This document shows positions 47,053 through 60,204 of a DNA stretch of 64,000 nt, piece after piece (positions within the stretch are counted from its first letter, which is position 1; each line of letters starts with the position of its first letter). The DNA lies in assembly GCA_013239625.1 (NCBI GenBank), contig MU053881.1, forward strand, positions 5,229,957-5,293,956. Reading direction: 5' to 3'. The notes beneath the pieces were generated by a model. It worked only from the letters and a program-made list of their open reading frames with translations, was not told the DNA's origin and did no database searches. This DNA is from Lama guanicoe. Lineage: Eukaryota. The translations under genes were made by a program, and so were the position numbers.

Positions 47053-49228
47053 GTCAGTCAGTCAGTCAGTGAACAGTGGCTCCCTTCCAGGCCGTATTGT
47101 AGAATTCCTTACGCTCTGGCTGGTGCAGGTTTCTTCTTTGGATTCCTTTGCCGTCTCTTCCACCTCCAGATACTCCGTAGAAAACTGCCTTGACCTTGAA
47201 TCTGACTAAGACATCCTGTTTTTTTCCTCTCCTTGGAAGGCCCAGCCCCTGCCGAGACCTTCCACAGGGCGGTCAGGCGAGGCAAAGGGCCAGAGGAGGC
47301 ACGACTGACCGAAACTGCAAGCCCTGTGACCACAGCTGGCAGCTGGGGAGGGGAGGACGCCACCCAGCCCCGGAGTTTGGAAGAAATCCTTCATCTCTCT
47401 GGGGTGGTGGTTGACAGCAACTGGGGTCCTTCTCAGGGTCTGGAGCGAAGCTGGCCTGGTGAACCTCGCTGTTGAACCGACTCTGCCCCAAGGTCCCCTC
47501 TGTCCACAACCCCCTCAAGGCGACCTGTCTAAACCAAGTTCATCGTTTACCGTCTCCCTTGCCACAACTGCCTCTTCCTTTCTCCCTACTTTCCATTCCT
47601 GGGACTGTCACTATCCACTCAGCTGCCCAAGCCAGAAACCCAGAGCCCACAAGGGCCCTGTGACCTCACTCCAGATACCCAGGAGCCCAGGATTCTCACC
47701 CATGTTTCCAGGACCTGAGTCCGCCCTCCTGAGGGTGGCTGTATCGCTGGCGTCTGGGTGCATCCCTACGCCTAAGGGGTGGACGGGGGCAGCTGTCTGA
47801 GGAACTTGGAAGTAGAGGCTAGATCACTACATGGGGGCAGATGGAGGGGCACGAAGAGACGAGGGGCGGCAGCCTCTATAAAAGACTGGGGTGGGCCTGC
47901 TTCCACCACTCCGAGGAGGGGCTGTTTCCTCCATTCCCAGCTGCCCAACCTTCCCGAGCAGGACGCAGGGCCTGGTCCCCGTCTCCCGGCTTCTGAAGGG
48001 CAGCTTCATGTCAGCTCCTAAGTGTTTTAATCCTGTGTTTTCAGTACATCCATCACACCACTTGTCTCTGTGCCCTCCTGTGGCAAGGAGCCAGGCTTCC
48101 CCCCAGCAAGGCTGAGGCTTAGCCAGATGCCACCTGGGAGGTCTCCTGCCAAGAAACAGAAAAGATGGCAGTAGATGCCCCCTGGGCAGCTGTCATCTGG
48201 GGCTGAACTAGATCCACTCAAGGCACGGCTCACAACACAGCTTCCTCCAAAGACTGAGGGAGCAGCTGTTGTCACTTCATCCCTGACTCTGCCTTCCCCA
48301 TCCTTATTTCTCCTCATACAACTGGTCAACCTACCCTGTTTCTCCCTGGTCTCTCTGCCCCAGCTGGCTTTTCCCATCCACCCTCCACGCTGCAGCCAGA
48401 ATGAACTCTCCAAAGCATGGGCTCTCTCCCTGCTGACACGTTTTCAGGGGCTCCTTCTTGCTGTCTAGGTCATGCTCAGACTTCTTACAGGACACAGCCC
48501 TAGCTGACCTCTTTGGGCCGCTCCCTGCCTCACACCATACACTATAAGCAAACTGCACATTCTCTCTCTCAGGGTGAGCTGGTCAGTGCTTGCATCCACC
48601 ATATCCTCCAGGCAAATTCTCCCTCATGCACAGCTATCAAGACCTGCTGGGTGAATCTTAATAGCACCCTGACATACTAATACCTAAGAGGCCGCTCCAT
48701 TAAAGAAGACAGCTTCAAGTGTTAGTCTGCCGTCAGATGGACCTGGGTGCAAATCCCAAGTGTGCTGGTTATTGGCTGTGTGACCTAGGGAAAGGTCATT
48801 AGCCTCTCTGAATCTATTTCCTTATCTGCAGAGTGGGGCCAAAAATATTGACCCTACAGGATGGTCATGAGATTTACATTAACGTGAGATAGGTACGGAC
48901 TTGCTCTTGCCATTGTTATGCCCCCAAAATCTATAATTATGACCATATCATTATTATTTTCTACATCCAGAAGGAAATGTAGATAGTGAGTGTAACAGGG
49001 AAGGTCTCACCCAATGATTAGAACGGGCAATATATAGCATCAGTGAACTAAACAGATCCCATGGTGTGCACAGGATAGCTGAATGTTTGCAAAAACAGTA
49101 ACATATTTTTGGGAGAAGGGAGAGCATCCCAAGATAATAGAACAGTTATCTCTGCATAATGCAAATGTTTAATGATTTTATTCATTTATTACTCATCTAT
49201 ATTTCTTTATTTTTTTTCCTATAATGAG

Positions 49229-49490
49229 TGTTGTGGGTCAAATATGTTGTAGTCCTAACCCCTGTTCACTATGAATGTGATCTTATTGGAAAATAGTTAT
49301 CTTTTCAGATGTAATTGGATTAAGATGAGGTCATACTCAATAAGTATGGGCCCTAATCCAATATGACTGATGTCCCTAATGAGAAGAGAAAAGACCAAGA
49401 GACACACACAGGAGAATGCCTGTGACCTTGGAAGCAGATCAGAGTGAGATATGGAACAAGCCAAGGAACATCAAGGATTTCCAACAGCTG
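49229..49490 (+). mobile_element. MLT1 (MaLR) LTR, partial
   Basis: tatgaatgtgatcttattggaaaatag...ttaagatgaggtcatactc...gggccctaatccaatatgactgatgtcc...caagccaaggaaca. Confidence 0.8.
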
Positions 49491-52400
49491 GGGCTCAGCC
49501 CAGAGGTGCAGGGAGTGTTTGTTGAATGAATAAATATATATCCTTCATTTAAGTTGTCCTCTCAGTGCTGTCTCTCCACCCTTCTCTGGCTCCAGCCCAG
49601 GGCGCCCCTGGCCTTCACCTGTCAGCCAGGCCAGGCCGGCTGGCACAGGGTGGGTGGGTGGGGAACTGGAGGAGCCGTCGGTCAGCGTCTCCACCTCCAT
49701 CAACCTCACTGGGCTCCCTGTGGGACACACACTCTCTGCCTCATATCTGGTCTATTGTTCTTTGTGGCCAAGCCACGGGTCAGTCCTTCACACTGCTCTG
49801 GGCACAATCTTCCTAACACACAAGTCAGACCACGCCACACCCCCCTGAAAGACTGTCAGTGGCTCTCGACTCCTTGGTGCGGCATTCAAGGCCACTGCCT
49901 AGTCCAAGCCATTCTCTGGGTTGACCCCACATCTGAGAGCCAACGAGGCTTGCGACCCGCTCCTCCAGCACTCCCCCACCATCAGGCCCTCCCTGCCTTC
50001 TCGAAGCATCAACACTCTGCCCATGCCCCTCAGAGGGGTCGTGGAGGGCACAGCCTTGCTCAGCTCCCGTTCCAGGAAGAGAGAACCAAGGCGGAGAGAC
50101 TTCGGGCTGGATGGAGACACTATCTCCGGCAGGGGAAGAAACAGCAGATGTCTTCTACTCCCCCGAGTGACCCCGAGGGCCTTGAAGAATGGCCGGAAAT
50201 GGCTCTGGGACCTGCTAATTAGTGTTGGCCAGCTTCCCTCAGAGCTGGCAGAGGACGGGGGTGGGGGAGCGCCTTAGGGTCCCCCTTGACTTGTCACCTT
50301 GACCTTTCTTCTACCTTCCAAATGCCTCCTTCCTTTTCCTTCTCCAGGAGGGGGATGTGTGATGACGAGGCTGCAGGTGGAGCGGCGGCCCAGGCAGAGG
50401 AAGCCTGGCGTGTCCCCAGTTTGGGTTTGCTGTAAACAGCTTTTCTCCGGCAGGGTTTTTAGGACACCTTAGCTCGCCGTCAGGGATTGCTTGTTTCCCA
50501 GGAACAGAAAACCCCATTGAGATCATCAGAATTAGTAGGAAGCTGGGGAACAACATGGGACCTGAGGACCAGGGGGCCACCAAACCAGCAGAGGGAAAAC
50601 CATCAGACACAAAGGTGGCCATGCTCTCCCTCCATCTGGGCCCACCTCTCTCAGCCCGGCTGTCTGCACCCTTTTTTCTGATTTTTTTGGAGATCAGCTC
50701 CCTCTGTTTGCTCCTCAGGGTCCGCAAATGGCAGTCTCTGTTCTTAAACCTAACAGGGCTTCCAGGCCCAGCCAGTGAATCCAGTTACTTCAGACCCAGA
50801 AGTAAGAGGTACCGTTATCACCTGACCGCAAACACTCGCGCCCCAGTTGTATGCTGGGAACTGGTCTAAGGTCTTCATGTGGATTTTCTCATTTAATTCT
50901 CAAAAGAACCCTGCAAGGCAGGTTTTATTAATAGCCTCACCATAGAAAGAAATAGAGGTTCAGAGTGAGTAAGTAACTTGCCTGGGATCACTCAGCTAGT
51001 GAGCAGGGAGGTCGGGTTGGAAGCCGGGCAGCCCAGCTCCAAAGTCGGTGTCCTGAACACAATTGTCCCCACTCAGCTTCTGAATGATTATTCTGGATCA
51101 GGTGTCCCTGCCTGGCCCAATCAGCGGTGGCCACAAGGACGGGGTGGGTCCCCTAGGACTCCAGGGGAGGGGGTGGGTGTGGGGTGGGGTGGGGCTCTGC
51201 CCCAGGACAAAAGTTCATCCAGGTTTCTGTCTACTTTGTACTCTGATGTACCCAGTGCCTAGAACAGTGCCTGGCATACGGCAGGTGCTCAGGGACTGTT
51301 TGCCGAAGGAATGAACCCCAGCACCTTGGACTTGTCCCTGCCAAGTGAGAAGAGAGAGTTAGATATAGCCTTATTAGGGCTGTACATGACCACCTCACTC
51401 TTCAAAAAGACAGCCTTCCTCTGCCGGGGCCTCTTCATCACCTGTTTAATCCAGGAGCAGCCACCCAGGAGCTCTGCTCCATGTGATGCCACAGGATGTG
51501 AGTAGCCATACTGGGCAACAGGCTCTGTGCTCAGCATGGTGGGGCTGACGATCTGGGTTAAATAAGACCAGGCCTGCCTTTCTTCCAGAGTCTTCCTTCA
51601 CCAGCCTAATGAGCCCTGTGACTTACATGCATTTCTTCCCAAAGTTATTTGACCGTGAAACCCTCTGTTCCCAAGGTGTCTCGTGAGGCCAGCAGGATGA
51701 ACAATACACTATGAGGAGTGAAATTTCAGTCAATTTGGTTGCACTGATTTCTTTTGCTCAGCACTTAAATCCCTGTTATGTGCACGGGGATAGACTGTGG
51801 TTCCCCCAGCTGAGTAGCCCCTCCCCTGCGCTCTTCGCCCACCCTCATTCACCTCGCTTGTTGCAAATTCCCACCCCCCACCCTCTGCAGTCCCTTGCGC
51901 CTCCAGGCCTCCCGGGCCTCTGCTTGGTCTTGGAGATGGAGCGTCTCCTCCTGACACTCGGGTGGCCTGGCCTCAACCCCCTTCTTTCACGTTGTGATTT
52001 AAAATGCAATTACATTTCCCAGCACAGGTTCCAGGCAGCAATATTAAGCTCAAAAACAATCGCAGGAGATGGCACTATTATTTTGTTTGTTTGTTTTGTG
52101 AATCTGGAGGTTGTGATCGTAGATCAAGATGTGTAAATGAATAAAAATCAGCGTCTTGTCCGTTGATGGGTTTCCTTGGTACCAGGTGAGTGGCTCTGTA
52201 TTCTGAAGATTTACACTCTCAAGGCTAGGTTCCTCCCAGCTGCCTGACGTGTTGTGTCATCTTCCAGAACTTTCCAAGGTCTGTTCTTGGACTTGGTTAT
52301 CCTTTGTTTTTTTTCTGAAGGGCATATGAACATAAAGAACTAAATCTGTTATTATTAAAAACTGGGGGGGGGGGGTTGGTGTGTGTTCATTTGTTCCTAG

Positions 52401-52499
52401 CGCACACACACATTTTTGCACCAAGCGAAAGTGATAAACGGCTTCGTGTCCACCTTTCCCCTTTCCCCACCACTAACGAGCACCCTGGCTTGGGTGCCG

Positions 52500-52760
52500 G
52501 CCAGCCCCTCTCCTCTCCCTACCTGGCTTCGTGCTGCACTGCGTTGACCTGTGTGGACCTCATCAAAGGCCTTTCATGTCCTTTGACTTCCAGTTGGGTG
52601 GCCCAATGGGGAGTGCTGGCTGGAGAAGAGAGGGGGCAGGAGAGTGAAGTCGAGGATAGATTGCTTTGGCTCCCACCTGGGCTGCTGTCTCCGTAGAACC
52701 TCTGGGTTCTGCTCGGTGGTTCCCTCCCTCTTCCCTTCAGGCCAAGGGTGGTTCCCCCTG
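52500..52760. mobile_element. ERVL LTR fragment (LTR16-like)
   Basis: tgacctgtgtggacctcatcaa...gacttccagttgggtggcccaatgggg...ggagagtgaagtcgagga. Confidence 0.55.
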
Positions 52761-53399
52761 TGGTCCAGCATTTGCCTACCCCTCGGCAACAGAAACTGCA
52801 GAACCCAGATGCCAGTTTGAGACAAAAGGGGAGGGAGACGACATTCTGGAAGATCTGCGGGGCATAGAGGAGACAAGTGGAAGAGGAAAGGGGGACTTTG
52901 AGAAAAGTTGTTACACACTAGGAATTCCTTTTCTGGCATTTGAGAAACACAAGCCAAGAAGTTCAGCTACTCTGAGCAGCCTGCCTGGGCTCCACGGGGC
53001 TTCTGACCTCACCAGCGGTCCTAGACCCAGCAGGCACGGCCCCAGCACGCAGATTCCCAAGTTGGCTTATCTTGTGGCCTCTCTGGAGTGGCTGAATGTC
53101 TAAACCTCTGCATTTATTTATCCTACCACCGCCAAAATGGAAACCCCCCAAAACTAAACTTGATCCTCCAAAGCGGACCTGAGACAAATCCCCAGGCCTC
53201 GAGGCAACCAATGGAGGGCTTGGCAAAGGAAATTTCCCTCACTTCTGTGCTGACAAGAGCCCCCTCCAACCCTGAATCGAGGGGGCAGGATGTGTTTGAT
53301 GCCCCCTTGCAGAGAACCAGGGTTAAAATACCTTGAGCAATGGAGTTGCATGGTCAGACCATGCTTTTCCTTTTTACTCTTTTTTTAAAAATTGACACT

Positions 53400-53550
53400 C
53401 TTTGTGGACGGGGGTAATTAGGTTTGTTTGTTTGTTTGTTTACTTTTTTTTAAACGGAAGCACTGGGAATTGAGCCCAGGACCTCAAGCACGCTAAGCAC
53501 ACAATATATTGATAAGCTACACCCTCCCCTCTGAGCTCTACCCTCCCCTC
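53400..53550 (-). mobile_element. Vic-1-like SINE with duplicated head
   Basis: gggggtaattaggtttgtttg tail and ctgggaattgagcccaggacctc body. Two head copies: agctacaccctcccctc (53515-53531) and agctctaccctcccctc (53534-53550). Confidence 0.8.
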
Positions 53551-55074
53551 TTAAAAAATCTTGAAAACTGACCACACCCTGCACCCTACCAGGGGCACTG
53601 GGGCATCAGAAGGCTTAGACATGGTCTCTGCTCACCAGGATGGGGGGAGGATGTGGGGCCCCGCAATTATGACGCAGTGGAAATCTTGAGATGGAGGCCC
53701 TGCTGGGGTGGTGGTCTGAGTCAGGGAGCATCCCAGAGGGGCCTGTGGCTTCCTGGCAGAGAAGCAGATGTCTATGCCAAGTCTTAACCCCTAAGGAAGA
53801 GTTGGTAGCAGAGGAATGGGAGAGAGAAAAGGCAGTTCTAGGTAGAAGGCACAGCAAATATAAAGCTAGAACCAGCCCGGGGCATGGGGGCGCTGAGCTG
53901 GCCAGAGTAACCCGGGCATTATGTGGGAGCCAGGCGGAGCCGGGTCCAGGGGAACCTGGAATATCATGCCCAGGGGCTTGGCTGCTAGCCTGCGGGTTAA
54001 CCAGGGTCAGGCAGGGCGATGACAGGGTGCGTACTGGAGGATAACCTGAGGGCTGTGGAAAAGTGCATCAGAGGGGAGATCCTGAAAGCAAGAGGACCGG
54101 CTGGAAGGCTCCTGCCACGTGCCAGGGGAAAGGTGGCTGGGGAATGGGGATAAGCGGCAGTGACGAGGCCTCGGAGGGCTAGTCTCCTCCAGGCAAGTGT
54201 CATTTCCAGAGGCCATGAGGATGCTGGCCAGGCTGTGCCAAGAGTGTTGGTACCATTGTGACACTCAAAGCTGGGCTCTTTGACACCTTCTCCCAGCCCC
54301 ACCCAGCAGCACATGGGGATGGAGGTGAGTGGGAGGAAGTGAGGAACAGGGCAGCCTATTGGTCATCTGCTTGTTGGGGGACCAGAATCCTCTGGGCTGG
54401 GTGGTCCTCGGCTCAGAGGACAGTGAGGCTGTGAGGTTTCTGACAACCCGCTAAATGGGGCTTTCAGCTCCCGGGGACAGGACTGGGCTCTGGCTGGGGT
54501 TATCTGTCCCCACTGTGTTGGTTCATTGGGGAGGGGATGTCCTGGAAATGTCCAAGCCAGAGCCACATTCTGGCACCGATTTCTCTCCATCCCGTGACAC
54601 GAACAGGGAAAAGATGGGGAATTGGAATGAGAGGCCTGAATGGAGGCGACAGTAGCAGAGATGTATAGTTCTGGAGGTCAAGGGCCATGATGGCTGGCAA
54701 GACACTGGAGACAGGAATGAGGAAAAAAAGAGGAGGGAGGGGACCCCCTGGTGGGAGGGTAAAAATGACAGTGACCCAGAGTCCCAGCTGCCAGAGCCAG
54801 GCAGCTGGAACAGAAGAGGGAGAGGCTCCCACTCCCAAAGTCCCCTCAAAGCTAAACCCATCACCCCAGCTGGACTTCCCTATTATCCCCTGTGCATCTT
54901 ACATCAAATCCCGGTCATCCCGTAACCAACAGAGCCAAACCAGATTGGGCAGAGTCCTGTCTACCCTCCGATCCCAGTTCAGGACGCCCCACCTCCCAGC
55001 TACATTTGTACCTCTCCCAGACTCGAGGGTTTGAGGAAAACTTGGTGTCCCTGTAGGAAAGCACTGCCCAGGGT

Positions 55075-55300
55075 TGGGGGGGGGATCCTGGGGTCCATGA
55101 GAGGATTTTGGGGGGACACAGACAGGCTTTTTCTTTAAAAACATAATATTTATGCAATAACTTTAATACGCATTAGAAAGATGACATAACTAGCCCATAA
55201 TACATGTGAGTTAATGACACAATTTAGAATGAGGATATATTTAGTTAAATAAAAAGTGGGAGATGATGAAAGATAAACGGGAAATCTCAATATAAGTGCC
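55075..55300. mobile_element. Probable hAT-Charlie DNA transposon relic
   Basis: cctggggtccatgagaggattttggggg followed by an AT-rich interior; subfamily not determinable. Confidence 0.4.
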
Positions 55301-57849
55301 AACCAGCCCAGCCAAGCTGTGCCTCCGCCCGAGCCCTCCTGGGCCCCTTCCCACCATGCCTCCTCCTCTCTCCTTCTCCAGGCCATCCTGACCCCCTCCT
55401 CAGGGGCCACTTCCAGACGACAGTCAGGTTTTCTACGCCCCGCCCTCCTGGTGGGTGGTCCTGCCCTGTCCCGACTGCAGAAACATCAAGGTCCTGTGAA
55501 CACACGGGGACCCTGAACCCCTGAGCTTTGCCCTATGATACATAAAATATACATTGTCCCCACCCCAGTGGCTGTGAGAGCATCTTCCCTTTGTCCTGTG
55601 ATGTCACTGGAGGGGAGTTCTCTGAGCCTGGGGCCTCTCAGATCTGCTTTTAATGATTTTTTTGTTCTATTTATTGTGTCATGGACTAAAAGCAGAGTGG
55701 TCAGCTCACTTTCTCAAGCCCTGGCCCTGTGTTTGGGCACTAGGGATCTGGTCAGGAAGTACTCGTGGAGGGGACAGAGAGGAGTCTGGTAACGGTAGCG
55801 TTTGCATGCTAGGCAGCCTTCTCTCACTGCCTGCTTGTATTTCTTTGCAAGGATCTCCCTTGGGCAGCACTAACTGGCCAGTTCCAGAAATGCACGTGGT
55901 GGCCCGCGGCCCAGGGCCTGTGCTCTGGCGGGGAGAAGCGTCATTTGTGAGGCCAGTGTAGAATCCCCACCCTTTGGCATTCATGTCCAACACTCAAGCA
56001 TCCTGGTGCCTTCCCAGGTGACATGACCAGGTCCCAGAGGGCAGGAACCTGTGCCAGCTCAGCAGTGTGCCAAGCCCGGGGCCCACGGCCCACATGCACC
56101 CTCTCATGCATCTCCACAGCGACTCCTCAGGAGGTATGTGTGTGGAGGAGACTGAAGCACAGAGAGGTAGGGAGATACCTTGAAGTCACACAGCAATCAG
56201 TGCAAAAGCTGGATTTGAACTACCATCTGCCTGATTCTCAAATCTACCCATCTGAGCACAGGCTTGGGAGCAAACAAGACTGACTTGAGAAGGGACACAG
56301 GGACTTCCCACAGTGCACGGGACACAGCAGGGGTGGGCAAACTGTGTCCTTGGCATGCCAGATCAGAAGAGGGGAATCCACTCCAGGCACCTGGGTGGGC
56401 AGGGCCACGGTGGCTCCAGGCCCACAGCATGCCTGCAGGCCGGGCTGCGGAGAGGGCAGAAAGAAGTGAGGAGGGGAGGAGAGGTCCTACAGCCCAGACC
56501 CAGGACTGGGCTAGCAAGCCTGTGCTCTGGGCCCAGGTGCCTTTCTTGCTGGCTGTGTGGCTCCGGGATGTTACCTCACCTCTCTGAACCTCTGCTCCCA
56601 AGTCTGCACAGCAGGGTGGTCCTCTTCATCTCTCTCCCTTCCTGTCTTTATTTTCTCCCTCTCCACCCCACTCCTCGGAAACCTCTTTCCAGAGGCTCTG
56701 TAGAGCTCTAGTCCCCCTTCCAGAGAGGATCCCAGTGCCCTGTGGGACGCCCGGTGGAGAGTCGACTCCCAGTCACCTGTAGTGGGTTTTGGGGGGATGG
56801 GGTGATGCCCTGGGGGCCCCTCCCAGGTGCTCTGCGCAGCCACAAAGGCCGCCTTTCAGCAGGGCCAGAATAAGCAGGGCTCCCAATCCCCCACAGACTA
56901 AACCTAGCAACCGTCAGGGTTCCTATGGCAACCCGAGATTTATTTTTAGTCCTATTTTAACATTAACATGATGTGAGGGGACCTGAGACTTACATTACTC
57001 TCTTTTAAACAGTACAAAAAAAAAGAAAGAAAGAAAGAAAGAACATCCCTTTGTCAGGAGGTACGAACCACTGGGGAAGATGAACCCAGTGCCCAGTGGC
57101 GTTTGCAGGTTTGCAGGGACCGTCTCGGGGACAGTCAGCAGCTCCCTGTCTCCCGGGTGGAGTGGCTCCAGGACAGGATTCGGGGAGGATGAGGGGTTTG
57201 TGAGCTGGGTCAGACTAACCCAGTAGAAACAGCTGCAACCCTTCCCCGCTGTGGCCTCGTGGCCAGAGCCGGGGCCATGAACGTCAAGCAGCCTGGTCAC
57301 TCAGTGAAGAGCCTCTGAGCCTCCACGCTAACAAGTGAGGGAAAACGAGAAAGCATCATTGGGCAGGCCAAACAGCCGGGCATGGTCTGGGTGCCAGCCC
57401 CTCGGGGGTTCCAGCCAGATCCTCGGGGACTCAGAAGGAAGGAAGGAAGGAAGGACTGGGCACTTGCCACCCCCCCACCCAGAAGACATGGCAGTTGGAC
57501 ATCCCCCAGGAGAAGGCAGGGCTCGGGTGGGTGGAGAGCAGGGGTGGGTTCAGGTGGAGGTCATGAAGAGGACACAGGATGCTGGCAGAAAAGATGGGCG
57601 TTCAAACCCTGCTCTGTGCTTAGCCCTGGGCTGGACTGGCTCGGAGGTACGGACCCAGAGTGGAAGGTACTGAGCCAGGAAGGGGGCCACAGAGAGGGAG
57701 AGGCTCCTGAAGTTGTTCTAGAGGGGAGAATTGGAGACAGACAGCCGCATAGAGCAAGAAAAGCCCTAATGAGTTTTCAGCAGTATACCTTGGGCTTCTC
57801 ATAAAATATTCCTATATGAGTTGCTTTTTTCTGTGCAGTGAGTGCTCCT

Positions 57850-58240
57850 TATTCCTCTGGTCACAGATGCAGCCCACCCTGGCCGTGGGCCTGACCACTC
57901 GAAATACTCCATCCCTGGCCAGCATGGCTGGGCCAAGAAAGAGGCACATGACCCAAGCACAGCCAATCAGAGTCCTTCCCTGGGACTGAGCTAGAGAGAG
58001 CGGTCCCCGTCCCTGGGTTGCTGAGCAGGGGATTCTGAGAGCCTCAGTCTGGCCTCCTGGAGATGCCATAGCAGAGGGAGGGAAAGGCTGATAGGCAGAG
58101 AGAGGAAGAGACAAAAAGGTTGTTGGCCAGGACCCACATTGCTTCCTCCAGGGCTGGGCCCTTTGACATTAGCCTCTTCAGTTTTCTCTTAAGCCATTTT
58201 GAGTTGGCTTCTGTCTCTGACATTGAACCAACCTAATTCA
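57850..58240 (+). mobile_element. Old MaLR/ERVL LTR (MLT1J/K-like)
   Basis: ggcacatgacccaagcacagccaatcagagtccttccctgggac...cttaagccattttgagttggcttctgtc. Confidence 0.6.
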
Positions 58241-59965
58241 GATGCTCACTGTGATTTTACTCACATACCAGGACAAAAGCACCCGGAGAATGTATGAATG
58301 AAAGGAACCACGTCTCCTGTGCCTGCTATGTATTAGGCCCCATGCTGGGTGATCCTTTTCAGAGCTAATCCTCATAACCACCTTGGAAATTAAGCAGTAA
58401 TATTATCTGCAAGGAGCTCAGGGCACAGAGAGGCAAAGTAACTTGCCCTAGGGCACACAGCCAGCACATGCCAGAGCTGGACTGGCACCCAAGAAAGACT
58501 TGGGTTGAACCACACCATCAACTCCTTGTTGAACCACACCATCTTTTCTTCTAGCCCTGGAGCTTTGGCCTCAGTTGTCTGGAGAGAGCCTGTGATTCCC
58601 AAAGTGTAAACCATGGATAAACCACATGGGAAACACCCGGGCGCTGATTCAAGAGAGACTTCTGGGCTCTCAAGCCCAGGCTTCCTGGATCAGAAGCCAG
58701 TCTCTCCAGTCTCCCCTCTGACCCCCTACCGTCCCCACCTGCCCTGACCCCTACCCACGCCCCGGCAGCCTGAGCTCCAGCCACAGCTGGTTCCCAGACA
58801 CACCACGAGCTCTCCAGTTGCCACGCCTTTGCTTGTGCCATTACTGCTGCCTGGAGGGCCCTCCCTCCCCTCTGTGCCCACCAACTCAGCTGACAGCTTG
58901 CCTTTTTCACCTGAGCTTTCCGTGACGCCCAGCATGCCCTCGCCCCAGCACACACATGCCTGGCCCTTAACCCAGGCAGGATTCATGACTCCCTGCCCCG
59001 ATATATAGGGCCAGGCAGGGCTAAGGCCCCATACCCCCTCCCTGTATACACTCTTAGGCAGAACCTCAGTGTCCCCGCGCTGCCCAGGCACTTGGCCACA
59101 GTGAAAGACGGTCTGACAGAGTCATTCACTTCTTTGCCTTTAAAGGAAGTGCCCGGAAACAGCCTTTCTGCCCAGAATCAAGCACAGATGGTGAGATTTT
59201 AGCCTCTCAAGAGGTCTTCGGGCCAGAGCGCCACTGAGAAGTCTCCCCATCCCTGCATAGGAGGACAACCCACCCTTAAGTGGACACAGCTAGCCCACCC
59301 CCGCCCCAAGCGGTGGTGGGCAGGAGGCCTGGCCTCCCGGCTGGCTCTGGCTGTTTTAACGGGACAGGTGGGATGGGACTGGGGTGGGGGCAGGAGAGAA
59401 AGCAGATCTCTGAACCTGGAGGCATGTTCCAGCTCCCCAAGGGCGGAGCTTTTCAGCCAAAAACTGGGGACTTTCCATCTGGACAACATCAGATTCTTGT
59501 CTAATTCTGGCTCAATGTAAATGAGGTGGGGTGGGAGCGGGGAGCGCTGGGTAATGAATCAGGAGATGGGAAGGGCTAGCCTCAAACTCATCTCCCACCT
59601 CTGGGGACCACGAGCTATCCCCGTGCTGAGCCTCGGGGCCCATCTCTAAGCGAGCCAGCGGACCAGGCACTGGGGAAGGTCCCTCCCAACTCTGCCCATT
59701 AGATCGGCCATGACAGGAAGAGGACGCCCTCCCTGTGGGGATGCGGTAGAGACAGGGGACGTCTATCAATTTACTGCCATTGGAACCAGGAAGTCTGAAG
59801 CCTCAGTGAAAACCAGACATGGAGGTTTGACAAGCTACACAAAGAATACCTGTTAACCAACAAACAAGGGCTGTGGGAGCCAGGGGGCACTGTATCCCTT
59901 GGGCCGCCCAGGCCTGAGCCTCAGTTTCCATTTCCCACCCCGCAGTCCACCCCCCAACCCGTTGT

Positions 59966-60204
59966 CAGGGTCACATTGTAACTTAAGTGGGCTCTAGCCA
60001 CTGTCACCTTCATGGCCCTTGTGCCATAAAAATTCATTAAAAATTATGCTTTATGACTGCATTGGTATAAAGATGTAAGTATCCAGAGCCGATCGTATTA
60101 ATTTTTTTATGATTTCATAAGAAATGAGAACATTTTCAGGGGCCCCTAAAGCTCTGGTGGGTCTTAGGCACCGTACCTGTGGCGCCTGGTGGATGTCAGC
60201 CCTG
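59966..60204 (-). mobile_element. hAT-Tip100-type MITE (ORSL-like)
   Basis: CAGGG... and ...CCCTG termini; interior tttatgactgcattggtataaagatg and aacattttcaggggcccctaaag. Confidence 0.6.

Noticed and set aside
49554..50222. 222-aa plus-strand ORF
   Set aside because: No recognisable homology; GC-rich sequence partly overlapping L2-like relics.
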